DNA of 64,000 bases from Halarcobacter sp. (GTDB lineage: Bacteria > Campylobacterota > Campylobacteria > Campylobacterales > Arcobacteraceae): assembly GCA_048571215.1 (NCBI GenBank), contig CP182352.1:768001-832000 (forward strand). Reading direction: 5' to 3'. The position numbers and the translations under genes were made by a program. The notes beneath the pieces were generated by a model. That model made no database searches. It saw nothing but the letters and a program-made list of their open reading frames with translations, and was not told where the DNA came from. This document shows positions 40,160 to 48,789 of the stretch, piece by piece; position 1 is the first letter of the stretch; each line of letters starts with the position of its first letter.

Positions 40160-40363
40160 GAAATGAGGAATAAAAGTTATCGTTATCACTTGACCCCTAA
40201 TTTCCTAATTTGCTAATTTCTGTACATTGAGTATATGAATATACATTTGTTATACTTAGCGCGAAAACAATACTTGTTATAAACTTTTTCATAAATTTAC
40301 TTTGTATAATATATTTATCAATCAAATAGTTATCCTTATCACTTGACCCCTAATTCTCTAATT

Positions 40364-40732
40364 CTAATTTTTTTTATTCTTTATTTTATTATTTAAAAGA
40401 AAAAAAATATACACTATTAATATTATCTCAAAAAAATATACATAAACTATATTTATAGTATTTGGTAAAAAAATATAGTACATGTTATGTATAATTAACA
40501 TTAATAAAAAATAAAAGTAAATTTTTAAATTTTTATCAAATAATATTATTAACAAATTTTTAAATATAAATGGTATTAAAATAATGCATATTTCAATAAT
40601 TACTATTATGATAAATATTATTAAAGTTCCTTTATTACCAATATCATTTATCATTTTTTCTGAGTTAAATATGTATAAAAATAAAATTCGTAACAAGAAA
40701 TAAATAGCTAATATAAGAAATATTTTTTTCAT
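40364..40732 (-). CDS. Putative membrane immunity protein
   Basis: Very hydrophobic, starts 4 nt after tip ORF stop. Confidence 0.55.
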   Translation of the reverse strand: MKKIFLILAIYFLLRILFLYIFNSEKMINDIGNKGTLIIFIIIVIIEICIILIPFIFKNLLIILFDKNLKIYFYFLLMLIIHNMYYIFLPNTINIVYVYFFEIILIVYIFFLLNNKIKNKKN

Positions 40733-40736
40733 AAAT

Positions 40737-41216
40737 TTACTTTCTATTTAATCTGCGATAATTTCTGTCTACTCTAGATGCCCAATCTTGACAATTATTG
40801 TAAACAAAATCATATTTTCTTATATAAGTTACTCCTATGGCTTCTAATAAAATATCATCATCGTAATATTTCAATTGAGAATAATCATTTATAGTAAATC
40901 CTTTATCTACCCTTACTCCATCAGGGAAAAATCCTATTACTGTACCATCTTTTAGAATAAATCCTTCATGAGCCACTAAAATATTTTTATAATCAGCAAT
41001 AGAACCCCTTCTCCCAAAAAGTAATTTATCACCAAGTTTTCTAAATCCACCTTCCTCATTAAACAAATGCACAAAAGCCCCAGTAACAACTCCATTTGCA
41101 AACTTGCCAGCACTTATTTCTGAAACAGTACATGATACTAAAGATGTAAACATAGTTCCCTTTCCTACTCCCAACCTTTTGGTGCTGTAAATCCACTCCA
41201 AAAACTTGCACTCCAT
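40737..41216 (-). CDS. Orphan polymorphic toxin tip with papain-like (H...NNC) domain
   Basis: Shared block GKFANGVVTGAFVHLFN, then AHEG and YDFVYNNCQDWA. Confidence 0.65.
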   Translation of the reverse strand: MECKFLEWIYSTKRLGVGKGTMFTSLVSCTVSEISAGKFANGVVTGAFVHLFNEEGGFRKLGDKLLFGRRGSIADYKNILVAHEGFILKDGTVIGFFPDGVRVDKGFTINDYSQLKYYDDDILLEAIGVTYIRKYDFVYNNCQDWASRVDRNYRRLNRK

Positions 41217-41249
41217 TGATAAAGGTGCCTGTCCCCTTTACTCTAGTCT

Positions 41250-41316
41250 TTGTGCTTATATATAATTATATATATTACTTAGTTAAAAGCTATTGAAAGT
41301 GGAGATTCATCCTCAG
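41250..41316. repeat. 67-bp direct repeat, copy 1
   Basis: Identical to 42081-42147. Confidence 0.9.
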
Positions 41317-41323
41317 GGGGGTG

Positions 41324-41599
41324 TTAGTCCTTAAATATGTTCATACAATTCATACAGCGGTGAAAACCTTTTTTATAAAAAATAATATAAATTAAAGGAA
41401 TTGATAAAAGAATATAATTAAGTATAATTTCTAATAAAGAAAAATCACCAAATATTAGAAAGAAAACTACATATATACATATTAGTGTAATAGGTAAAAT
41501 TCTAAATAACAATGTTTTTGAAATATATATATAGTAATTTTTTTTTATATCATTACTATTACATTTCGGACAAGTGTTTTTTAATTCTTCTTTTTTCAT
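41324..41599 (-). CDS. Putative immunity protein (CxxC-TM-TM-CxxC)
   Basis: CPKC ... CMNC flanking two TM; overlaps tip ORF. Confidence 0.6.
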   Translation of the reverse strand: MKKEELKNTCPKCNSNDIKKNYYIYISKTLLFRILPITLICIYVVFFLIFGDFSLLEIILNYILLSIPLIYIIFYKKGFHRCMNCMNIFKD

Positions 41600-41993
41600 A
41601 TTCTATATATCCTTCTGTTGTTCCTTTTATAATTTTAAAACCTTCTGACCTATTTAATCTATTAGTCATATACCCTGCAAATAATCCTGAGGCTAAACCA
41701 TAAGTTCCTCCAGCAACTCCACCAATTAACATACCTAAAGGCCCCATAACTGATAAAGCAGTTGCACCTATATATACACCACCTACAATTCCTCCTACAA
41801 ATCCACCAATAGAAGTTCTAATAATTGTTTTACTTTCCTCATTCAAGTTTTCTATTTTTGAATCAGCACTTTTTTTCGCTCCAAAACTTGCTGCTTTTCC
41901 TGCCCAATTATTAAACAAATGCACAAAAGCCCCAGTAACAGCCCCATTAGCAAACTTTTCACCACTTATTTCTGATACTAAAGATGTAAACAT
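41559..41993 (-). CDS. Orphan toxin tip with glycine-zipper helices
   Basis: Shared block then GGFVGGIVGG, GMLIGGVAGG. Confidence 0.65.
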   Translation of the reverse strand: MFTSLVSEISGEKFANGAVTGAFVHLFNNWAGKAASFGAKKSADSKIENLNEESKTIIRTSIGGFVGGIVGGVYIGATALSVMGPLGMLIGGVAGGTYGLASGLFAGYMTNRLNRSEGFKIIKGTTEGYIEYEKRRIKKHLSEM

Positions 41994-42080
41994 TGTTCCT
42001 TTCTCTACTCCCCAACTATTTGGTGCTGCAAATCCAGAAGCTGCAAATCCAGACCAAAATCCAGAACTCCATCTTCAACC

Positions 42081-42147
42081 TTGTGCTTATATATAATTAT
42101 ATATATTACTTAGTTAAAAGCTATTGAAAGTGGAGATTCATCCTCAG
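42081..42147. repeat. 67-bp direct repeat, copy 2
   Basis: Identical to 41250-41316. Confidence 0.9.
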
Positions 42148-42217
42148 AGGTGTTAGTCTGTGGTTTTTTTAAGGTGGCAACTGACCCCAAATTTTTTCCT
42201 TTATTTTATTTTTTCCT

Positions 42218-42529
42218 TTATTTTCTTAAATTATCATAACAAGATACTTCTTCCATAGGAAGAAAGACTATTATAAAAACTTCAATAAAAAGTAAAACTA
42301 TTATTGATTCAATTATCTTAAAAATAAAATCGTTATAATTAAAAAAAGAATTATTTAGAAAATATAATAAAGGAACTATAAATAAACCTCCATAATAAAA
42401 TCTGTAAAAAACTCTAAATATCATATTTGTACGATAACATTTGCCTTTAAATTCAAATACTTTTCCTGTTTTTATCAGAAAAATATCGAATGGATTAGTA
42501 ATTAACTTTATTTTTTCAATTATTCGCAT
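42218..42529 (-). CDS. Putative membrane immunity protein
   Basis: 2 TM, directly after tip ORF. Confidence 0.55.
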   Translation of the reverse strand: MRIIEKIKLITNPFDIFLIKTGKVFEFKGKCYRTNMIFRVFYRFYYGGLFIVPLLYFLNNSFFNYNDFIFKIIESIIVLLFIEVFIIVFLPMEEVSCYDNLRK

Positions 42530-42544
42530 ACTCTAACTTTAATT

Positions 42545-43138
42545 TTAATGAAATGGATTCACTTTTGTATGAACAGTGTCACTGACACTTCCTGTCTTAT
42601 GTATAATAAATACACCTACACTTGTCGCACCACTACCAGATAATGCTGCGGCAGAACCACCTAAATAATAATAAGGCCTAGACTTAACATCGTTCCATAT
42701 ATAGTCTGCCACTTCTTCAGGATGATTTTTTACTGCATAAACCGTTAACTTATATTCTATTTCTGCTTCCCATTTATTTGCTGGCAATATATTCCCTTCC
42801 TGCCAATCTCTGAAACCAGAAAGCCTACCTAAATAATCTCCATAAGCATAAGCCATTTTTGGAATAGACATAACTCCATCAAATAAATCAACAAAGTTTT
42901 TTACTGTCTTTTTTATAATAGTTCCTCCCTCAGCATTAAACAAATGCACAAAAGCCCCAGTAACAGCACCATTAGCAAATTTACCACCACTTATTTCTGA
43001 AACAGTACCTGATACTAAAGATGTAAACATTGTTCCTTTCTCTACTCCCCAACTACTTGGTGCTGCAAATCCAGAAGCTGCAAATCCAGACCAAAATCCT
43101 GCACTCCATCGATAAAGGTGCCTGTCCCCTTTACTCAT
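42545..43138 (-). CDS. Orphan toxin tip with the most complete shared block
   Basis: WSAGFWSGFAASGFAAPSSWGVEKGTMFTSLVSGTVSEISGGKFANGAVTGAFVHLFN then unique C-terminus. Confidence 0.7.
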   Translation of the reverse strand: MSKGDRHLYRWSAGFWSGFAASGFAAPSSWGVEKGTMFTSLVSGTVSEISGGKFANGAVTGAFVHLFNAEGGTIIKKTVKNFVDLFDGVMSIPKMAYAYGDYLGRLSGFRDWQEGNILPANKWEAEIEYKLTVYAVKNHPEEVADYIWNDVKSRPYYYLGGSAAALSGSGATSVGVFIIHKTGSVSDTVHTKVNPFH

Positions 43139-43412
43139 TTTTTATTTCCTTTTCAACTTTTAATTCCCAACTACAATTTTTACATATATAGTGATATCTT
43201 TTTTTAGCTAATATTAATGATATATCAATTACTAAAGAAACTAATAAAGATATTACCATTGCATATATATCTAGAAATATATAAACCAGTATACTAAGTA
43301 GTGGGGTAAGAACAAATAAGAATAAAAACCCTCTTTTCTTTTGGTTAAACTTATTTATATTAGAACTACATTGGGGACATTGAACTATAGCACTTTTATT
43401 TTTTAAGTTCAT
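43131..43412 (-). CDS. Putative immunity protein (CxxC-TM-TM-CxxC)
   Basis: CPQC ... CKNC flanking two TM; overlaps tip ORF. Confidence 0.6.
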   Translation of the reverse strand: MNLKNKSAIVQCPQCSSNINKFNQKKRGFLFLFVLTPLLSILVYIFLDIYAMVISLLVSLVIDISLILAKKRYHYICKNCSWELKVEKEIKNE

Positions 43413-43803
43413 AGTACCCCTTTCCAGTATTAATCATTATTTCAAGACCTTCTTCTATTGGTCTACCCCAGCCAGACACTTCTAATTCAATTGTAAATCC
43501 AACAGTTCCACCAACAAATGCTTCAACAATGGTACCTGCACCAGGAACAATACTTGCTGAAAGAGCACCTTTTACTGCTCCAGCAGCCATTCCAGCTAAT
43601 GAAGAAGTAATAATACGTCTACCACCATCATGAATATTATTAAGTTGTTCATTTACTTCTGATTTTGTTTTCATTTTTGTCCCTTGTGATAAAACAGCAC
43701 CCCAATTATTAAATAAATGCACAAAAGCCCCAGTAACTGCACCATTAGCAAACTTTCCACCACTTATTTCCGAAACTGTACCTGATACTAAAGATGTAAA
43801 CAT
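43396..43803 (-). CDS. Orphan toxin tip with Gly/Ala-rich helices
   Basis: Shared block then AGMAAGAVKG..VPGAGT; resembles 41559-41993. Confidence 0.65.
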   Translation of the reverse strand: MFTSLVSGTVSEISGGKFANGAVTGAFVHLFNNWGAVLSQGTKMKTKSEVNEQLNNIHDGGRRIITSSLAGMAAGAVKGALSASIVPGAGTIVEAFVGGTVGFTIELEVSGWGRPIEEGLEIMINTGKGYYELKK

Positions 43804-43944
43804 TGTTCCTTTCTCTACTCCCCAACTATTTGGTGCTACAAATCCAGACCAAAATCCTGCACTCCATCAATAAAGGTGCCTGTTCCCTTTATTTTTGACC
43901 CTAATTTTTAATTATATAAACTGTCCCGGAATTTTCGAAATTTT

Positions 43945-44151
43945 TTAAAGCGTAATTCCAATTTTTTCAAGTAAATCTTTAAAATCCATAGGTTTTAATT
44001 TGTGATAAATTGTACCGCTAAGAATTATTATAAATAATAAACTTCCTTTCATTTCTATATAATCAAAAAAACTTAAAAAAGTTAATAATATACATATCCA
44101 TAATATAACTAATGAAAAATAAGCAATAATATATTGCAAAAATTTAAACAT
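43945..44151 (-). CDS. Small membrane protein (orphan immunity-like)
   Basis: 68 aa, 2 TM, AGGA SD. Confidence 0.5.
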   Translation of the reverse strand: MFKFLQYIIAYFSLVILWICILLTFLSFFDYIEMKGSLLFIIILSGTIYHKLKPMDFKDLLEKIGITL

Positions 44152-44558
44152 ATTAATTTCCTAATATTTATTTTAAAGGTGTTATCTGTGCCCAAAAAGG
44201 AGCATATATATTATAAACTTCATAGGGTTCATAACACTTTGAATCTACTAAGATCATTGATGTATTACTAACAAGGGAAATACTATCTCATTTACCAATT
44301 GTTTTGATTTACTATCCTCTTTTGATAGAGGTACAAAAAAAATAATTGCAATAAAAATTAAAGCAATTGAACCAAAAAGATACTTTTTATCCATAAAATT
44401 CCTTTAAAAAAATGAGTAAATAATTATTCTAAAAAAACGTCACATTCTCGTCACAATGAGTTGTTTTTTTCCATAAATTTTGAAATTTCTCTAGGATTGT
44501 TGTTTTTACTTGATATAAATAGTACAATTTAGCTATTTAGAATAAGAAAAGAGTTTAA

Positions 44559-45050
44559 ATGTATAATTTAGTAGTTTATGGAAGTTTAATGAACAAAAAA
44601 GAGCTTCAAAAAGAGGGTATATCTTTAGATGATGTTGTTTTAGTAAAAGTGTTTGGTTATAAAAGAGTTTTTAATCAAGAACCATCTTATCGAATGGTAA
44701 ATTCAGTTAACAGAGCTGTATTAACTATTGGGGAAGATAATGAAAGTTGGTTTAACGCAATAGTGATTAAGAATATAAGTGCAGAGTATCTTAGTATTTT
44801 AGATAAAAGAGAAATAGGGTATGACCAATACTCTTTTAGAGAAGGTGAGGTTATAAGTTATGACAATGAACCTTTGACAAACTGTATTGTTTATAAGGGT
44901 AAAATTGAGAAGATGAGTTTTAATATCCAGCCCAATATGGAGTATTTGGATATTTGTAAAGAGACAGCTAAAAGTTTTGGTGATGAGTTTTATGAAGATT
45001 TTATTAACACTACTTTTAAAAATAGTGATGGGGGATTATCTCTTATCTAG
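44559..45050 (+). CDS. Gamma-glutamylcyclotransferase/AIG2-like protein
   Basis: VYGSLMN, GYKRVF, LDKREIGY. Confidence 0.8.
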   Translation: MYNLVVYGSLMNKKELQKEGISLDDVVLVKVFGYKRVFNQEPSYRMVNSVNRAVLTIGEDNESWFNAIVIKNISAEYLSILDKREIGYDQYSFREGEVISYDNEPLTNCIVYKGKIEKMSFNIQPNMEYLDICKETAKSFGDEFYEDFINTTFKNSDGGLSLI

Positions 45051-46035
45051 ATAAGGAAATCCCAAAACTAATTCTATTTATCTCTTTGTTATAGTCAATT
45101 AAACTATCTCCATATCCACTTGAAAGTTGTAAATATCCAAAGGTATTTTTAGAGTTAAAAAATGGAAAAGTCCAATCAAATTGAGCATAGCCTTTGTTGT
45201 TATCATTAAATCTAAGATTATTTCTTAGTAAAAGTTTAAAAGTTTGCGATTTGTATGGATAGACTAGGGTAAAGTCTCCATATCCAAGATATTTTTCTAT
45301 ATCTGGATTGTCATCTGTTTTTGCATCTTCTGGCAATCTATACCATATATTTGGTATTAAAAATAGATTTCCTATTTGGAAATAACTTTCTAAATAGAGT
45401 CTATTCCATGATCTAGATTTTGGTTTGCCTTGACCATTTGATTCATGTAAAAAACCAAATTTAAACCCTTTTAAGGAGGTTTTATCTTTTTTTCCATAGG
45501 GGATTGTAACAAAAACTTCTGGACGATAGTTTGTTTCTCTAAAAGGTGCAGAATCATCATATAACTGCCACCATGAAGTTTGAGTATATCCAAAGTAGAT
45601 GGTTTCTTTAAGATTGAATAGATTTTGAAATAAAGGTTTTTTTACACTGATTTGGAATTTAGTTTCATTTTGACTTCTATCACTTCTTTTTTTAGTATCG
45701 TAAGAAATAGGTAAAAAATAGTTTTCTTTGTATGGAAAAAGATTAAAAGTAGATGCTAATATTTGTTCTACTGTACTGTAGGTTTCTTTATCATCAATTT
45801 TATTTAGGGTTTTTCCTATAGTTTTTGCTTCAACAGAGATATTGTTATCTTCTATATCTTTTTGAATAGTTTCTTCTAAAGAGACATCTTTTGTTGCTAA
45901 TTTTTTATATAGCAACATCGCTTCCTTATATTTACCTTGATTTTCTAAATCTTTTGCCTTTTTTAAAATATCATTTGTATCCTGTGCCATAAGGTTTATG
46001 ATAAAAAGAGTAATTAAAATAGTTATTCGTAACAT
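45043..46035 (-). CDS. pldA: Outer membrane phospholipase A
   Basis: KFQIS, PFRETNYRPE, HESNG...SRSWNR; start uncertain (46035 or 46050). Confidence 0.95.
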   Translation of the reverse strand: MLRITILITLFIINLMAQDTNDILKKAKDLENQGKYKEAMLLYKKLATKDVSLEETIQKDIEDNNISVEAKTIGKTLNKIDDKETYSTVEQILASTFNLFPYKENYFLPISYDTKKRSDRSQNETKFQISVKKPLFQNLFNLKETIYFGYTQTSWWQLYDDSAPFRETNYRPEVFVTIPYGKKDKTSLKGFKFGFLHESNGQGKPKSRSWNRLYLESYFQIGNLFLIPNIWYRLPEDAKTDDNPDIEKYLGYGDFTLVYPYKSQTFKLLLRNNLRFNDNNKGYAQFDWTFPFFNSKNTFGYLQLSSGYGDSLIDYNKEINRISFGISLSR

Positions 46036-46136
46036 TTTTTGTAAATCCAATAATTGAGATTTGAAATTTTATCACAAAAAGTAAAATAAACCTATAAAAT
46101 GATATAATCCCACCAATTTAAAAGAAAGGTTTTTTT

Positions 46137-46778
46137 ATGCTTGTAGCCCCTTCCATTTTATCAGCAGATTTTGGAAAACTAAATGAAGAGATTAAAGCAA
46201 TATGTGATGGTGGATGTGATTTGATTCATGTAGACGTGATGGATGGTCACTTTGTACCAAATATGACTTTAGGACCAGTTGTGGTAAATCCTGTTGCTAA
46301 GGTAGCAACTAAGCCACTAGATGTACACTTAATGGTTGAAAATAATACATTTTTTGTTGAGCTTTTTGCTCCACTTAAACCAGAGTATATCTCTTTTCAT
46401 ATTGAGAGTGAAAAACATCCCCATAGACTTATTCAAAAAATTAGATCATATGGAATAAAACCAGCAATTGTTTTAAATCCCCACTCTACACCTGAGTCTA
46501 TAGAGTATTTACTTGAAGATTTAGATATGGTTCTACTTATGTCTGTAAATCCTGGTTTTGGTGGACAAAAATTTATCTCATCAGTTATTGAAAAAACTAA
46601 AAAGTTAAAAGAGTTAATAAACAAAAGAAACCCAAATTGTTTAATACAAGTTGATGGTGGAGTAAATGACAAAAATATTCACCAGCTAAAAGAGGTTGGG
46701 GTTGATGTAGTAGTAGCAGGTTCATATGTTTTTGGAAACGAAGACTATAGTAAAGCGATAAAATCTCTACAGGTATAA
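46137..46778 (+). CDS. rpe: Ribulose-phosphate 3-epimerase
   Basis: APSILSADF, HVDVMDGHFVPN, MSVNPGFGGQ. Confidence 0.98.
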   Translation: MLVAPSILSADFGKLNEEIKAICDGGCDLIHVDVMDGHFVPNMTLGPVVVNPVAKVATKPLDVHLMVENNTFFVELFAPLKPEYISFHIESEKHPHRLIQKIRSYGIKPAIVLNPHSTPESIEYLLEDLDMVLLMSVNPGFGGQKFISSVIEKTKKLKELINKRNPNCLIQVDGGVNDKNIHQLKEVGVDVVVAGSYVFGNEDYSKAIKSLQV

Positions 46779-46779
46779 T

Positions 46780-47376
46780 ATGAAAACAAAAATCTGTGGA
46801 ATTACAAACCTAGAAGATGCAAAAGCAGCAATAAAAGCTGGTGCAGATGCCTTGGGCTTTGTATTTTATGAAAAGAGTTCTAGATATATCGAACCATTTA
46901 AAGCAAGAGAGATAGTAAAAGAGCTTCCCCCTTTTGTTCAAGTTGTTGGTTTATTTGTAAATGAAAACAGTGCCTTTATAAATCAAGTTTGTACAAATGC
47001 ACGGATGCAATTAGCACAAATCATTGATGATGATAATTATACTGATTTTAATTCACTAAATTATAAGTATATAGAAGTTGTAAGAGCAAAATCACAACAA
47101 GATATTTTAGAAAAACTTGATAGATATGTGCTTGTAGATGCTCATGTTGAAGAGTTTGGTGGTAGTGGAAAAAGAGTTGCTTTAGAATGGTTTAAAGGCT
47201 TAGATTGCTCAAAGATTATTTTAGCTGGAGGTTTGACTTCAGATAATCTAAAAGAGTTAAAAGGTTTTAATTTTTATGGAGTAGATGTAAGTTCAGGTGT
47301 TGAACTTACAAAAGGTAAGAAAGATAAAACCAAAATGGAAAATTTTGTAAAAGCTGTAAATGAAATCCAACAATAA
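46780..47376 (+). CDS. trpF: Phosphoribosylanthranilate isomerase
   Basis: KICGIT, LAGGL, DVSSGVE. Confidence 0.96.
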   Translation: MKTKICGITNLEDAKAAIKAGADALGFVFYEKSSRYIEPFKAREIVKELPPFVQVVGLFVNENSAFINQVCTNARMQLAQIIDDDNYTDFNSLNYKYIEVVRAKSQQDILEKLDRYVLVDAHVEEFGGSGKRVALEWFKGLDCSKIILAGGLTSDNLKELKGFNFYGVDVSSGVELTKGKKDKTKMENFVKAVNEIQQ

Positions 47377-48178
47377 TTTTATCTTAAAACTAACGGAAAA
47401 ACTAAAAAAAACTCCTCTTGCTTATGAGGAGTTCTTAGATGAGTTATCAAAAAATAAAAATAAGTTTTTTAATGATCCAGAATTGGAGTTTGAACTACTT
47501 CTATCAAATGGTTTTCCTTTAGAGTTTATAGATGATAAAATTGTTTTGAAAACTACCCATTGTCCAATAAATGAACAAACTTTCTGTATAGTTGATATAG
47601 AAACAAATGGGGGACATGTAAATAAAGGGCATCAAATTATTGAATTAGGTGCTGTGAAATATAGAGCAGGGGAAGTAATAGATAAGTTTGAGTCTTTGGT
47701 TTATGCTAAAGAAATCCCTCAATATATCCAAGAGGTTACAAATATAAAACCAGTTATGTTAGAAGATGCTCCTCCTATTAAAAAAGTATTGGAAGAGTTT
47801 AAAATTTTTTTAGAAGATGATGTTTTTGTAGCTCATGATATAAAGTTTGATTATAATTTTATCTCAAATTCATTTCAAAAATATGATTTGGGAAAACTAG
47901 AAAATAGAAAACTTTGTACCATAGATTTGGCAAGACGAACTATAAAAGCACAGCGATATGGCTTAAAGTTTTTAAAAGAGCAATTAAATATCAATATAGA
48001 TGACCATCATAGAGCTTATAGTGATGCAATTAGCACAACATATATTTTGGAAGAGTCAATAAAAGTATTGGATGATAGTATTAAAACAACAGAAGACTTA
48101 ATCTATTTTTCAAAACATGGACAAACACTTATGCCAAAACATCAAACTAATCATAAAAATGCACAGGAGGATAAATAA
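47360..48178 (+). CDS. DnaQ-like DEDDh 3'-5' exonuclease
   Basis: VDIETNG, AHDIKFD, HRAYSDA. Confidence 0.92.
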   Translation: MKSNNNFILKLTEKLKKTPLAYEEFLDELSKNKNKFFNDPELEFELLLSNGFPLEFIDDKIVLKTTHCPINEQTFCIVDIETNGGHVNKGHQIIELGAVKYRAGEVIDKFESLVYAKEIPQYIQEVTNIKPVMLEDAPPIKKVLEEFKIFLEDDVFVAHDIKFDYNFISNSFQKYDLGKLENRKLCTIDLARRTIKAQRYGLKFLKEQLNINIDDHHRAYSDAISTTYILEESIKVLDDSIKTTEDLIYFSKHGQTLMPKHQTNHKNAQEDK

Positions 48179-48717
48179 TGTTTTCACAAGATAAATATTT
48201 AAAGGCACTAAATTTTGCAGCATTAGCTCATGGTGAGCAAAAAACTCCTTATGGACTCCCTTATTTAGCCCATATAACTTTAGTTGCAATGGAAGTGATT
48301 CATGCCTGTGAAGAGGGAAATATTGAATTAGAAAAAGCCAATAAGGCTATAAGTATAGCATTGTTGCATGATACTATTGAAGATACAAGTATAACTTATG
48401 ATGATATTTTTAATGAATTTGGATTAGAAATAGCTGAGGGTGTAGAGGCTTTAACAAAAGATAAAAATCTACCTAAAAAGCAACAGATTGCAGATAGTGT
48501 AAATAGATTATTATCTCAACCATATGAAGTGCAAATGGTTAAATTAGCTGATAGAATTTCAAATATGCAAAAACCACCTCAATCTTGGGATAATCAAAAG
48601 ATATTAAATTATCAAAAAGATGCAAAGTTTATTTTATCTTGTTTAAAAAATTCAAATATGTATTTGTCAAAAAGATTAGAAGAGAAAATTAGTAACTATA
48701 TAGTCTATATGAAGTAA
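48178..48717 (+). CDS. Stand-alone HD hydrolase, Mesh1/small alarmone hydrolase-like
   Basis: AH..Q....PY..H, LLHDTIEDT, KLADRISN. Confidence 0.82.
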   Translation: MFSQDKYLKALNFAALAHGEQKTPYGLPYLAHITLVAMEVIHACEEGNIELEKANKAISIALLHDTIEDTSITYDDIFNEFGLEIAEGVEALTKDKNLPKKQQIADSVNRLLSQPYEVQMVKLADRISNMQKPPQSWDNQKILNYQKDAKFILSCLKNSNMYLSKRLEEKISNYIVYMK

Positions 48718-48762
48718 AAACTCATATTTTGGGATTTAATATACTTTTTATTAAGAGATAAC

Positions 48763-48783
48763 TAGAAGCTCAAAGAGCTTCTA
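48763..48783 (-). terminator. Terminator hairpin after oorC
   Basis: TAGAAGCTC-AAA-GAGCTTCTA. Confidence 0.65.
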
Positions 48784-48789
48784 AGTTAA

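Noticed and set aside
40088..40189. N-terminal part of ORF 39854-40189 as real protein
   Set aside because: It is a translation of the REP palindrome and junction motifs
39390..44200. CRISPR array, classical integron or DGR
   Set aside because: Spacing is irregular and gene-sized; no convincing RYYYAAC...GTTRRRY attC sites; no integrase, cas or reverse transcriptase in the window
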